64,000 bases of DNA from a bacterium. GTDB taxonomy: Bacteria; Zhuqueibacterota; Zhuqueibacteria; Residuimicrobiales; Krinioviventaceae. Shown here one piece after another: positions 30,725-40,072 of this stretch. Location of the stretch: contig CAXXMD010000003.1 in the NCBI GenBank assembly GCA_963675755.2, positions 1,344,001 to 1,408,000 on the forward strand, in the 5' to 3' direction. Numbering within the stretch: position 1 is the stretch's first letter; the number at the start of each line of letters is the position of its first letter. A program made the position numbers and the translations under genes. The notes under the pieces were generated by a model, which was not told the origin of the DNA, did not search any database, and saw only the letters and a program-made list of their open reading frames with translations.

Positions 30725-30759
30725 GACAGTTTGGTCGAACGAATCGACCAAACTGTCGA
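30725..30759. promoter_or_regulatory. Putative enhancer (bEBP upstream activating sequence)
   Basis: Perfect 15-bp inverted repeat cgacagtttggtcga-acgaa-tcgaccaaactgtcg; each arm is a CGAC-N6-GTCG palindrome; about 80-110 bp upstream of the sigma-54 promoter. Confidence 0.7.
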
Positions 30760-30836
30760 AACTTGTATATAGTAGTAATTTTTACAATTCTGCGCAACCT
30801 TTTTATTTATAAACCTTTAGGTTTGCATTGATTTTT

Positions 30837-30851
30837 TGGCACACAGGTTGC
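30837..30851 (+). promoter_or_regulatory. Sigma-54 (-24/-12) promoter
   Basis: TGGCAC-ACAGG-TTGC matches the TGGCAC-N5-TTGC consensus, about 50 nt upstream of ATG 30900 and adjacent to a bEBP gene pair. Confidence 0.85.
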
Positions 30852-30899
30852 CTTACAAAGATTAGAAATGATTAAAAACTAAACATAAAGGAGTTTATC

Positions 30900-31622
30900 A
30901 TGAAAACATCAAAAACATTATCAGTTCTGCTTCTTGCTTTTGCAATGATCGCTTTTTTTAGCGTTCCTGCAGTATTCTCTCAAACCACTGAACATGGTCC
31001 AAAATTCGTTGACCTGGATGGTGATGGATATAACGACAATGCTCCCGACGCTGATGGCGACGGTATTCCCAATGGCATGGACGAAGACTATGTCCGCAGC
31101 GGTGCAGGCAACGGCAATGGTGTTGGCGGCGAAGGCTTTGTAGATGAAGATGGTGACGGTATTAACGACAATGCCCCCGATGCTGATGGCGACGGTATTC
31201 CCAATGGTATGGATGAAGACTATGTACAACAAGCAGGCCAAGGCAATGGTGCCGGCAAAGGCCAGGGCGCAAGTAATTTTGTAGATGAAGATGGCGACGG
31301 ATATAACGACAATGCTCCGGACGCTGATGGCGATGGTATCCCTAATGGACAGGATGCGGATTATGTAGCTGCCGGTAGTCAAAACGGCTTTGGCAAGGGC
31401 AAGGGACGCGGAATGAACGGTTTTGTAGATGAAGACGGTGACGGTATTAACGACAATGCTCCGGATGCTGATGGTGATGGTATCCCTAATGGACAGGATG
31501 CAGATTGGGTGAAACCGGAAGATTGTTTGGGACGTGGTGCTAATATGGGAACCGGCTTTGGTCGTAATTCTGACGGAACTCCCGGAAGAGGCAGAGGTAA
31601 TGGCAAAGGTGGTAATAATTAA
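30900..31622 (+). CDS. Secreted acidic repeat protein with four FVDxDGDGxNDNAPDADGDGIPNGxDxDYV units (putative Ca2+-binding) and Gly-rich linkers
   Basis: Signal peptide, AAGGAG RBS; 8 DxDxDG loops (thrombospondin type-3/calcium-blade-like); the repeats are also visible in the DNA at ~31005, 31137, 31278 and 31422. Confidence 0.85.
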   Translation: MKTSKTLSVLLLAFAMIAFFSVPAVFSQTTEHGPKFVDLDGDGYNDNAPDADGDGIPNGMDEDYVRSGAGNGNGVGGEGFVDEDGDGINDNAPDADGDGIPNGMDEDYVQQAGQGNGAGKGQGASNFVDEDGDGYNDNAPDADGDGIPNGQDADYVAAGSQNGFGKGKGRGMNGFVDEDGDGINDNAPDADGDGIPNGQDADWVKPEDCLGRGANMGTGFGRNSDGTPGRGRGNGKGGNN

Positions 31623-31634
31623 TCTTTTCCTGTT

Positions 31635-31672
31635 AAAAAGCAGCGGTCATCTGGTTGACCGCTGCTCTATTT
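31635..31672 (+). terminator. Stem-loop between the repeat-protein gene and the barrel gene
   Basis: agcagcggtca-tctggt-tgaccgctgct followed by ctattt (weak U-tract). Confidence 0.65.
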
Positions 31673-31685
31673 ATCGAGGTTTATC

Positions 31686-32810
31686 ATGAAAAAGTATATT
31701 ATATTCCTGTTCATTTTACCAGCATTGATTTTTGCACAACCCGGACTCTTGCTCAAAACATCCAGTGGGTATACTGACAATGCATTTAACAACTATCGTC
31801 AATCCAGTGATTATTATACTTGGATCAATGCATATGCCAATCACGACTGGATCCAGGAAAACAGCGGTGTTCGCTTTTACTATGACGGTTCATATTCAGC
31901 ATATAAACAGTATTCTGACAAAAATTATATGGTGAACGATTTTGGAATGTCTTTTTACAACTATTTGGGTCAAAAAGGAAACCGAATTAATGCAGGCATT
32001 AGTTTTGGATCAAGAAACCATAGCGACGCTTATAGCTGGTACAATGTAAAATCCGGAAATCTCTATGCAAATATAAAACTTGTTCTTACTCCCCAATTTT
32101 ACGGATATGCTGGAATAGAATTGGATATTCAACAATATGATGTCCTTGAACCTTTTTCAAATACACAAAGCCGTTTCTATTTGCGCGTCAGTCGTTTCTT
32201 TAACAGTGGCACCACCCTTATTGCCGAAACCGATTTAATGAGTAAATATTATAGCTCTGAAAGCAACACATCACCTGTAGAAAATTTCCCTGAAATTGTA
32301 ACACTTGGAGATAACAACAGTAATCAAGTTGTAGGACTGGTTCGTTTGGCGCAAAGCATTTCTCCTAAAACCGGACTTAGTGGCCAGTTGATGGTTCGTC
32401 GTAATCTCAGCAACTCTACACGTTACCTGGGTACTGAAACCGGATTTTATTATTCAGATGAAGAAATCTTTGATGATATTTATGGATACCACTCTACTGA
32501 ATTTGATTTAAAACTAAAACAAAGATTGCCCTGGAAGTTGTCATTTACCCTGGGTAGTTCTATGAAAAACAAAGATTATGAAAACCGCCTCGCAATGGAC
32601 ATTGAAGGTAATGTTTTTTCAGATTATCGTACACGTCTGGACAATCGTTATACGTATTGGGCATCGATTGAAAAACAGATACGCTTTGCATCAAACCTCA
32701 CGCCATTAAAAATGTCAATATCCATGACATTCATCAACAACCAATCCAACGATTTATATTATCACTATAACACACAATATATTTCTTTCGCCCTGGAACA
32801 ATCCTTATAA
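31686..32810 (+). CDS. Putative outer-membrane beta-barrel protein of unknown family
   Basis: 374 aa, short signal peptide, Tyr/Ser/Asn-rich alternating beta-strands, C-terminal 'SNDLYYHYNTQYISFALEQSL'. Confidence 0.65.
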   Translation: MKKYIIFLFILPALIFAQPGLLLKTSSGYTDNAFNNYRQSSDYYTWINAYANHDWIQENSGVRFYYDGSYSAYKQYSDKNYMVNDFGMSFYNYLGQKGNRINAGISFGSRNHSDAYSWYNVKSGNLYANIKLVLTPQFYGYAGIELDIQQYDVLEPFSNTQSRFYLRVSRFFNSGTTLIAETDLMSKYYSSESNTSPVENFPEIVTLGDNNSNQVVGLVRLAQSISPKTGLSGQLMVRRNLSNSTRYLGTETGFYYSDEEIFDDIYGYHSTEFDLKLKQRLPWKLSFTLGSSMKNKDYENRLAMDIEGNVFSDYRTRLDNRYTYWASIEKQIRFASNLTPLKMSISMTFINNQSNDLYYHYNTQYISFALEQSL

Positions 32811-32834
32811 ACCTCTCTTTTTCCAGCATTTTTC

Positions 32835-32872
32835 AAAAACAGCCATTATTTTTAATAATAGGCTGTTTTTTT
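32835..32872 (+). terminator. Rho-independent terminator
   Basis: aaaaacagcc-attatt...aataat-aggctgttttttt. Confidence 0.7.
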
Positions 32873-32971
32873 CATTGCACTATAAATATTATATTTTAAA
32901 TTATTATTCCTATTGCCCTGCCTGGTAATTCAAAAAAGTTAAATATATACACTATGCATTCGGAGGTAGAA

Positions 32972-34414
32972 ATGATCATTCGTCTCTCTAACGGTAAAGA
33001 ACTCCCAATGGAGATGCACAAGGTAAGAATTGTTCAAAGCTCAAATTTAGTATCAGCAGACCGCAGACTGGAAGCCATTAAAGAAGCCGGATTCAACACT
33101 TTTCTTTTAAGAACCCGAGACATTTTTATGGACATGTTGACGGACAGTGGTACCAATGCAATGAGTGACAATCAACTTGCATCCATGATGGTATCTGACG
33201 ATGCCTATGCAGGCTCTGAAAGTTTTTATAAACTGGCAGACTCTGTTCAGGAAGTTATGGGTTTAAAATATGTTCTTCCAACACACCAGGGCCGTGCAGC
33301 CGAACACTTGTTGTCACGTTATTTTGTTAAACCCGGTGATGTTTGCCCCATGAATTACCACTTTACCACAACCAAAGCCCACTTTGAAATTCTGGGTGGT
33401 ACCGTACTTGAAATCCTTCGCAAAGAAGCCATTGATCCACAATTTGATGATCCTTTTAAAGGCAACCTGGACCTGGACTTGTTCCAACAGGTTATTGATG
33501 AACATGGTCCTGAAAAGATTTCTTTTATCCGAATGGAATGTACAACCAACCTCATAGGTGGTCAACCGTTCTCTATTGCAAACCTCAGGGCGGTTCGCAA
33601 GCTGGCAGAAAAATATGGGATTCCGGTTATGGTAGACGGTAGTCTCATTTCAGAAAACGCTTACATGATCCACAAACGCGAAGAAGAATTTAAAAATAAA
33701 ACCATCAAGGACATTATACAGGAAATCTGCGGTTTGAGTGATATCTTTTACCTCTCAGGACGTAAAAGCTGTAGTGTACGTGGTGGCTTTATAGCAACCA
33801 ATAATAAAAAATTCTATGAAGACATTCTGCCCTCATTGCCATTGTATGAAGGTTTTTCAACCTATGGTGGTATGTCTACCAAAGAAGTTGAAGCCATGGC
33901 TGTTGGTATCCGTGAAATGACCAATGTAGATGTTGCCGGTGCTTCTGTTGAAATGATCAAATACTTTGTTGAACGCCTGGTTGAAGAAGGTGTGCCCGTG
34001 GTAACACCTCCGGGAGGTCTTGCATGTCACGTGGATGCAATGCGTTTTGTTGATCATATTCCGCAGGTACAATATCCTGCCGGTGCACTAACAGCAGCCT
34101 CATATCTTATTTCCGGTGTTCGCAGTATGGAACGTGGTACAGTTTCAATGGACCGAGATAAAGCAGGCAATGAAGTTCCGTCTGATCTTGAATTGGCCCG
34201 GTTCGCTGTTCCACGTCGTGTGTACACAGTCTCTCAAATAGAATATGTTGTAGATCGTCTCACCTGGTTATACAAACATCGTGAACTGGTAGGCGGATTG
34301 AATTTTATTGAGGAACCCCCTGTACTGCGTTTCTTTTTCGGCAAGATGGAAGCCATTGACAACTGGGCAGACAACTTGCTTAAAGAATATCAAAAAGAAT
34401 TTGGAAATATTTAA
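32972..34414 (+). CDS. PLP-dependent beta-eliminating lyase of the tyrosine phenol-lyase/tryptophanase family (TPL-like specificity residues)
   Basis: 'EAGFNTFLL', 'DMLTDSGT', 'DDAYAGS', 'PTHQGRAAE', PLP-Lys 'SGRK', 'YEGFSTYGG', 'SMERG', 'PRRVYT', 'LRFF'; GGAGG RBS before ATG 32972. Confidence 0.9.
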   Translation: MIIRLSNGKELPMEMHKVRIVQSSNLVSADRRLEAIKEAGFNTFLLRTRDIFMDMLTDSGTNAMSDNQLASMMVSDDAYAGSESFYKLADSVQEVMGLKYVLPTHQGRAAEHLLSRYFVKPGDVCPMNYHFTTTKAHFEILGGTVLEILRKEAIDPQFDDPFKGNLDLDLFQQVIDEHGPEKISFIRMECTTNLIGGQPFSIANLRAVRKLAEKYGIPVMVDGSLISENAYMIHKREEEFKNKTIKDIIQEICGLSDIFYLSGRKSCSVRGGFIATNNKKFYEDILPSLPLYEGFSTYGGMSTKEVEAMAVGIREMTNVDVAGASVEMIKYFVERLVEEGVPVVTPPGGLACHVDAMRFVDHIPQVQYPAGALTAASYLISGVRSMERGTVSMDRDKAGNEVPSDLELARFAVPRRVYTVSQIEYVVDRLTWLYKHRELVGGLNFIEEPPVLRFFFGKMEAIDNWADNLLKEYQKEFGNI

Positions 34415-34421
34415 ACCTGAT

Positions 34422-34452
34422 GATCCCCGAATATAATTCGGGGATTTTTTTT
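34422..34452. terminator. Terminator between convergent genes
   Basis: atccccgaat-ata-attcggggat-tttttttt. Confidence 0.8.
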
Positions 34453-34470
34453 ATAATACATTTAATAAAT

Positions 34471-35640
34471 TTAGGGTAAACAAATCTTTCCCAATACAAC
34501 CGGCCTTATAGCTCCGGTTGCTGATGGTACATTCCCCTGGGCGCCATGCAGCGTTTCATTCGCCATAATTGCAAAACACATGGCCTCTTTGGCGTCTGAA
34601 GGCAAGCCATAGTCATCTGTTTTATAAATTTCCACAGCTTTAAATAAATCGTGCAAATGCTGCATTAATGAACAGTTATTCACACCCCCGCCACTAACAT
34701 ACAATTCATCCAATTTTACAGGCGAAAAACGTTGAATTTGCTCAAAAATGGACCTCGCCGTAAAATACGTCATGGTTGAAATTGCATCTTCGTGGCAGAC
34801 ATTGCCACAATCACCCAACCTTTTAATAATATTAAAGTTATTAAGGTCAAAGTGCTCGGGCCCAGTAGACTTGGGTGGTTCCTGAGCAAAGTACTTGTCT
34901 TTTAAAAAGATATCCACAATGTCAAAATGGACTTTTCCACAGGCAGAAATTTCACCATTTTTGTCAAAATCTCTTGCATAATAAGTTTTACACAAGTTAT
35001 CCACAATTGTATTTCCGGGGCCGGTATCAAAGGCAAGCACCTTATCCAGATCTTCTCCAGCAGGCAGAATGGTCACATTGGCTATACCACCAATATTTAA
35101 CACAGCACGGTTCTTTTCAGGTGACCCAAATACCATAAAATCAAACATGGGGACAAGCGGTGCGCCTTGCCCGCCCGCGGCCATATCGGCCATGCGGAAA
35201 TCTCCCACAGTTATGACCCCGGTTTGCTGCGCAATATATGATGGATCACCAATTTGCAACGTTGCCGGAAAAGGTTTAGCCAGGGGTAAATGACGGACTG
35301 TTTGCCCATGAGAGCCGATCAGGTCAACATCTTGCATCGCTATACCTGCATCCTGAACAAGGGCTTTTACTGCAAAAGCAAAGTGAATACCTGTTTCCAC
35401 ATTCAGTTGAACCAGATCATTCACAGGATAGGATTCTGCAGAGGCGAGATCTGACAAACGACGATGTATATCCGGGGGATAAGGAATGGTTAGAAAATGC
35501 AGCAGCTCGAAAGATTGGCCATCATCCGACTCTACAATCCTGACCAATGCAGCGTCAATACCATCCATAGATGTACCTGACATGAGCCCAACGACATATT
35601 TTTCAGATTTTAATAGAATATTTATATAATCCTGATTCAT
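34471..35640 (-). CDS. anmK: Anhydro-N-acetylmuramic acid kinase
   Basis: 'GLMSGTSMDGIDAA', 'IGSHGQT', 'TLQIG', 'DFRMADMAAGGQGAPLVP', 'LNIGGIAN', 'FDTGPGN', 'PPKSTG', 'KEAMCFA'. Confidence 0.95.
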   Translation of the reverse strand: MNQDYINILLKSEKYVVGLMSGTSMDGIDAALVRIVESDDGQSFELLHFLTIPYPPDIHRRLSDLASAESYPVNDLVQLNVETGIHFAFAVKALVQDAGIAMQDVDLIGSHGQTVRHLPLAKPFPATLQIGDPSYIAQQTGVITVGDFRMADMAAGGQGAPLVPMFDFMVFGSPEKNRAVLNIGGIANVTILPAGEDLDKVLAFDTGPGNTIVDNLCKTYYARDFDKNGEISACGKVHFDIVDIFLKDKYFAQEPPKSTGPEHFDLNNFNIIKRLGDCGNVCHEDAISTMTYFTARSIFEQIQRFSPVKLDELYVSGGGVNNCSLMQHLHDLFKAVEIYKTDDYGLPSDAKEAMCFAIMANETLHGAQGNVPSATGAIRPVVLGKICLP

Positions 35641-35670
35641 TGCATTATCCGGTTCTGTTATAAACCATCC

Positions 35671-36438
35671 CTATTGATTCAGAATTTTCAAAACCTGGGG
35701 TAGCAGGATCTTTGATGTTCCCAAAGCCTCATCTTGAAGGATGGTCTCGTTGCCTTTCCAGTCTCCAAAAAAGCCACCAGCTTCCCGAAAGATGGGAGGA
35801 AAAGGAGCACAATCCCAGGGATTCATTGCCGGATCAAGCATTAAATCAATACGTCCTGTTGCCGTAAGCAGGTATCCATAAGCATCACACCAGCCCGCAC
35901 GATAATACACGGCATTCTGCAAACGCTGCCATGCTTCCCCCTTTTTTTGTCGAGCAAAGGTTGTGGTATCTGCATGAGCAATGATAGCTTTTGAAAGATC
36001 TTTTTTTTGCGAAACCCAGGCCCGCCGCCCATTCCACCAGCAACCTTTTCCATCAGCAGCACACAAGAGCTCGTCGGTTCCCGGATAATAGACAGCGCCC
36101 ACACGGGAAACGCCCTCAATCTCCAACCCAATCAATACCGCATACATGGGCACACCGCTGATAAACGATTTTGTGCCGTCAATAGGATCAATATACCATT
36201 TAAATGTAGCATTTTGTTGTTCGCTTTCACCAAACTCTTCGCCCAAAATGGCATGATCCGGATATTTCTTTTCAATACAATTTCGGATATATTCTTCAGC
36301 TTTTTTATCGGCAACAGTTACCGGAGAATCATCCGCTTTAAAATCCGGCTGAATTCCCGTTTGAAAATAACCCAGGGTCAACTTGCCCGCGTTTACGGCC
36401 GTATCAGCTGCAAATGTTAATAAAGATTTATAATCCAT
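35671..36438 (-). CDS. Inositol monophosphatase family, histidinol-phosphatase HisN-like
   Basis: 'KADDSPVTVAD', 'ILGEEFG', 'WYIDPIDGTKSF', 'D.YGY', 'PWD'. Confidence 0.85.
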   Translation of the reverse strand: MDYKSLLTFAADTAVNAGKLTLGYFQTGIQPDFKADDSPVTVADKKAEEYIRNCIEKKYPDHAILGEEFGESEQQNATFKWYIDPIDGTKSFISGVPMYAVLIGLEIEGVSRVGAVYYPGTDELLCAADGKGCWWNGRRAWVSQKKDLSKAIIAHADTTTFARQKKGEAWQRLQNAVYYRAGWCDAYGYLLTATGRIDLMLDPAMNPWDCAPFPPIFREAGGFFGDWKGNETILQDEALGTSKILLPQVLKILNQ

Positions 36439-36536
36439 TTTTCATTTCCTCAAATCATTTTTTAAATATACAAAAAATTTGAGAAAATTTCAGCAGTTAA
36501 AAATTTGCAAGTTCAGCTTCTTACTGACAAACGCTC

Positions 36537-38171
36537 CTAAACCCTTGGGTTATGAATTATATTTTCCAATGTAATAAAAAATGACAATCCATTGTTTTTT
36601 TCAATTAAAAACTCACCCTGTAATTGATGTTTTACAATGTTTAAAACCGTTTTAAGACCTAAATTTGAAATGCTATCTATCTCTAAATCATCTTTCAAAC
36701 CAACCCCATTATCTGATATGGTCAATTGTATCATATTACCAGGCTTTTCTTCCAATGCTATACGAATTTCACCGGGCTGATGATCCGGAAACGCATATTT
36801 TAACGCATTTACAATGAGCTCATTTATAACAATTCCGCAGGGTATTGCTGTATCAATCAATACATTTACAGCAGCCAAATCAAGTGCAAAACTGATATTT
36901 CGTTCTTTTGTCTTGAAACTCACTTTATAATGTTGAATCAAATCTTTAATATATTCATTAAATCTGATCATTGACAAATTTTCAGACTCGTACAATTTTT
37001 GGTGCACCAAAGACATGCTGTAAATTCGTTTCTCCATATCATCAATGAATGTTGTCAATTCCTTGTCTTTTGACCGATATCTGTGCAGCTGCATCATGGA
37101 GATAATCACCTGCATATTATTCTTGGTTCTGTGATACAATTCCCGGATAAGCACCTCTTTGTCCCGCAAAGAATTTAAAAGCTCCTTTTCTGCGTTTTTC
37201 CGTTCTTTGATCTCCTGCTTGAGCTCCTTGTTGACAATGTTTAACGACTCGGTGCGTTCATTAACAAGTTTTTCAAGGTGATTTTGATAATTTTCCAGCT
37301 CTTCTTTTCGTCTTTCCAGTTCCTGTTGTGTCTTTTCAAGCTTTATATTTTCCTGTAACAATTTCTCATTTGCTTCATTTAATTCGAGATTCAATTTTTT
37401 CAACTGTCTCTCATAATGGATTCGATCCGTTTCGTTACGCACAATATCCTGAAACACTTTGCGGCCACCATACTCAATGCATGTAGCACTCACTGATACA
37501 CAAATTTGACTGCCATCTTTTTTTTGATGAATACGATCTCTGGAATACAAGACAATATTTTCTTTATTCATCTTGATCGTATTTTCTAACACTTTGAGAT
37601 GTTGTTCACGTGGAATGAGGTGTAACAAGTTCATGCCTATCAACTCATCATGACTGTAACCATATGCCTTGACAGCCTGTTGATTAGCATCGATTATAGT
37701 ATGCGTGTCAAAATCCAGCAGCAACAGGATATCACTCGCACGCTCAAATAAATCTTTGTATCTCAATTCTTCTTCTTCGAAACTGATCTTTGTACGGATC
37801 TTTTCCAGATCCACTTCTCCTGCAGGCAAAATAAATCGCTTAACTTTGTCTAAAAAATCCTGAAAATCAAAGGGAACTGTAATACTGTTTGCTTTCGATT
37901 CGGACATTTCGTCAGCGTCTGCAATCTTTAATACGGGAATATTGAGTTCATTTTCCAACCGGGATAATATTTCGCTGCTTTTTGGTACATTATTGATCAT
38001 ATCAAATATTACTAAATGAACAGAACTGCTTGTTAATAGATGAAAAACTGTGTCTTTGTTTTCTGCAATGAAAACCGCACTCCAAAATCCACACAGTTCC
38101 AGTTCTGCTTTTAACAATAGTCTTTCTTTTTCACTTGCTGAAACGACAATTATACTTTTGTCATTTTTCAT
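36537..38171 (-). CDS. Cytoplasmic PAS-domain histidine kinase (HisKA_2 type) with degenerate N-terminal receiver-like domain
   Basis: 'ELYHRTKNNMQVI', 'LVHQKLY', 'AIPCGIVINELIVNALKYAF', 'SDNGVG'; PAS 'DANQQAVKAYGYS...KKDGS'; long coiled coil. Confidence 0.88.
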   Translation of the reverse strand: MKNDKSIIVVSASEKERLLLKAELELCGFWSAVFIAENKDTVFHLLTSSSVHLVIFDMINNVPKSSEILSRLENELNIPVLKIADADEMSESKANSITVPFDFQDFLDKVKRFILPAGEVDLEKIRTKISFEEEELRYKDLFERASDILLLLDFDTHTIIDANQQAVKAYGYSHDELIGMNLLHLIPREQHLKVLENTIKMNKENIVLYSRDRIHQKKDGSQICVSVSATCIEYGGRKVFQDIVRNETDRIHYERQLKKLNLELNEANEKLLQENIKLEKTQQELERRKEELENYQNHLEKLVNERTESLNIVNKELKQEIKERKNAEKELLNSLRDKEVLIRELYHRTKNNMQVIISMMQLHRYRSKDKELTTFIDDMEKRIYSMSLVHQKLYESENLSMIRFNEYIKDLIQHYKVSFKTKERNISFALDLAAVNVLIDTAIPCGIVINELIVNALKYAFPDHQPGEIRIALEEKPGNMIQLTISDNGVGLKDDLEIDSISNLGLKTVLNIVKHQLQGEFLIEKNNGLSFFITLENIIHNPRV

Positions 38172-38203
38172 TTTTACTACTCCAGAAATTTAATACTATA
38201 TCT

Positions 38204-39940
38204 TTACCAAATAAAAAGTAATCGTGTCAGCAGCCACGTTAACAGAACCAGCCCAACACACGACAAAATCATAATAAAGAAGCCTTTGTAGAACCAGGGC
38301 AAGGCAGGTTCATAACGAAACTCTAAATTACTGCTTTTACCAAAAATTTTATTTACTGCATTATCATCATACAACCTTGTCAGTTCTGTCTCATCCAAAG
38401 TTTCCCCAACCTCTTGAACCATGTCAGCATCAACCATAAACGGCAGCCTGATTCCAACTCGTTTTAACAGATTTTCCTGACCAATAGGCGTACTTGTGAT
38501 AGTATAAAAGCGGTCAAGCAAAACCTTGCTTTCCGATTTGCCAAGCCAACCTCCTGCCAGCATACCCAGAAAAGCAAGACCTGTTGGGATGTAAACACCC
38601 CAGGGTAATGCAACATCGCGATTTTCAAATACATTTCCTTTGCCTGTAAACACAAACATAATTAACAAATAGCTTATCATTCCCAGGCTTAGTGAAATCC
38701 ATACTCCGCTTCTGTTCGCTTTGCGCCACCATATTCCAAAAAAGATAGGTACACCAATAAAAGATAATAAAGTGATCCAAATTTTTACATAATCTGCTAT
38801 TGAATCAATAAACAGGGTAGAAACACCGCCTATAATGATTGATATTACCGCCCAACTTTTGGATATATATAGATAATGTTTCATCGTTTTGTTTTTGTTC
38901 AAAACCCGCCTATAGAAAAAATCAATAAACATGGATGAAGAAGTGGTTGCGTATGTATCAACAGATGACATGCCTGCGGCAAAAAAAGCACAAATAAATA
39001 ATCCTGTTATACCCACACCGGCAGGTAAGATTTGAGACATGGCAATCCCCCACGCTTGTTCCGGATCAGCCAGGTTGGGAAGAAAAATTGCAAACATAAT
39101 TCCATACAAAGTAAACAATAAAGTAGCCACCCGTTTACCAAAATTACCCCAACTGCAAAACGTTGCCGCTTTTTCATCTTTTGAAATCGCAATCCATGGC
39201 AGCATCCAGGGGCCGGCAATTGCCCCTACAACAGCAGAAACATTCAAGGCAATAACACTTTTCATTGGCATACCCGTGGATACAAAATCCCATGTTTCTG
39301 GAGGCAATGCCGTCAATGCCTGAAATCCTCCGGCAGCATTCCACACAACCGGCAACATGATTAAAAACATGACAATTATAATCAATGCTCCCTGAATCAA
39401 GTCAGTCAACAAGGCAGACATCATCCCGCCACTAAAGACATAAGCGCTAACAATCACCACAATCAACCATATACAGGATTGAAGAGACAGCGTTGTAAAG
39501 CCTGTTAATATTTTTCCAATAGCCAACAATATAATGCCAATAAAAAAGATAGAAACAATGCCCCCAAATACAGAGTAAAACAGGGCCGCTTTTTGTCCAT
39601 ATCTCATCTCAAAAAATTCGGCAACATTGTATACTCTTGCACGCTTGAAATAAGTAGAAAACAGATAATAGATAGGTGTAGCCAAGAGAAAATTCCACCA
39701 GTACCATACGCCTGACAAACCAACCTGGTAAGCTTTACCGCTAACCAATACGGCCTCATTTCCTGCCAGGGCAGATGAAAAAACAAACAGAAACGAAACT
39801 GCCCCGCCCCATTTTCCTCCGGCAATAAAAAACTCGCTCAGACTCTTTGTTTTTTTTGAACCAACAAACACCCCGATATATAAAATGAGGCAAAAATATA
39901 AAACAATGACAGCCGTATCAATTAAATGAATTCCAAACAT
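38204..39940 (-). CDS. Sodium:solute symporter (SSS family)
   Basis: Multiple TM segments; 'EFFIAGG', 'EFFEMRYG', 'GGMMSALLTDLIQG', 'FFAAGMSSVD'. Confidence 0.88.
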   Translation of the reverse strand: MFGIHLIDTAVIVLYFCLILYIGVFVGSKKTKSLSEFFIAGGKWGGAVSFLFVFSSALAGNEAVLVSGKAYQVGLSGVWYWWNFLLATPIYYLFSTYFKRARVYNVAEFFEMRYGQKAALFYSVFGGIVSIFFIGIILLAIGKILTGFTTLSLQSCIWLIVVIVSAYVFSGGMMSALLTDLIQGALIIIVMFLIMLPVVWNAAGGFQALTALPPETWDFVSTGMPMKSVIALNVSAVVGAIAGPWMLPWIAISKDEKAATFCSWGNFGKRVATLLFTLYGIMFAIFLPNLADPEQAWGIAMSQILPAGVGITGLFICAFFAAGMSSVDTYATTSSSMFIDFFYRRVLNKNKTMKHYLYISKSWAVISIIIGGVSTLFIDSIADYVKIWITLLSFIGVPIFFGIWWRKANRSGVWISLSLGMISYLLIMFVFTGKGNVFENRDVALPWGVYIPTGLAFLGMLAGGWLGKSESKVLLDRFYTITSTPIGQENLLKRVGIRLPFMVDADMVQEVGETLDETELTRLYDDNAVNKIFGKSSNLEFRYEPALPWFYKGFFIMILSCVGLVLLTWLLTRLLFIW

Positions 39941-40072
39941 GAATCAATACTCCTGCAAACCGGCTCTGATAAAAAGCTGACAATCATTTATAACATTATG
40001 GGAATTGGTAAATTATTACTGAAAAGTTTAACAAAACTCAAGAGCAAAGTGAACACCATCGTAAATAGATAC

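Noticed and set aside
30695-30751. GTG-start extension of the histidine kinase
   Set aside because: It runs through the enhancer-like inverted repeat, whereas ATG 30694 has a GGAG RBS.
31000-31515. CRISPR array or other non-coding DNA repeat
   Set aside because: The ~90-bp repeats are in-frame coding repeats with synonymous variation, and there are no cas genes.
32880-32971. tnaC-like leader peptide upstream of the beta-eliminating lyase
   Set aside because: No short Trp-containing leader ORF was seen in this AT-rich spacer.
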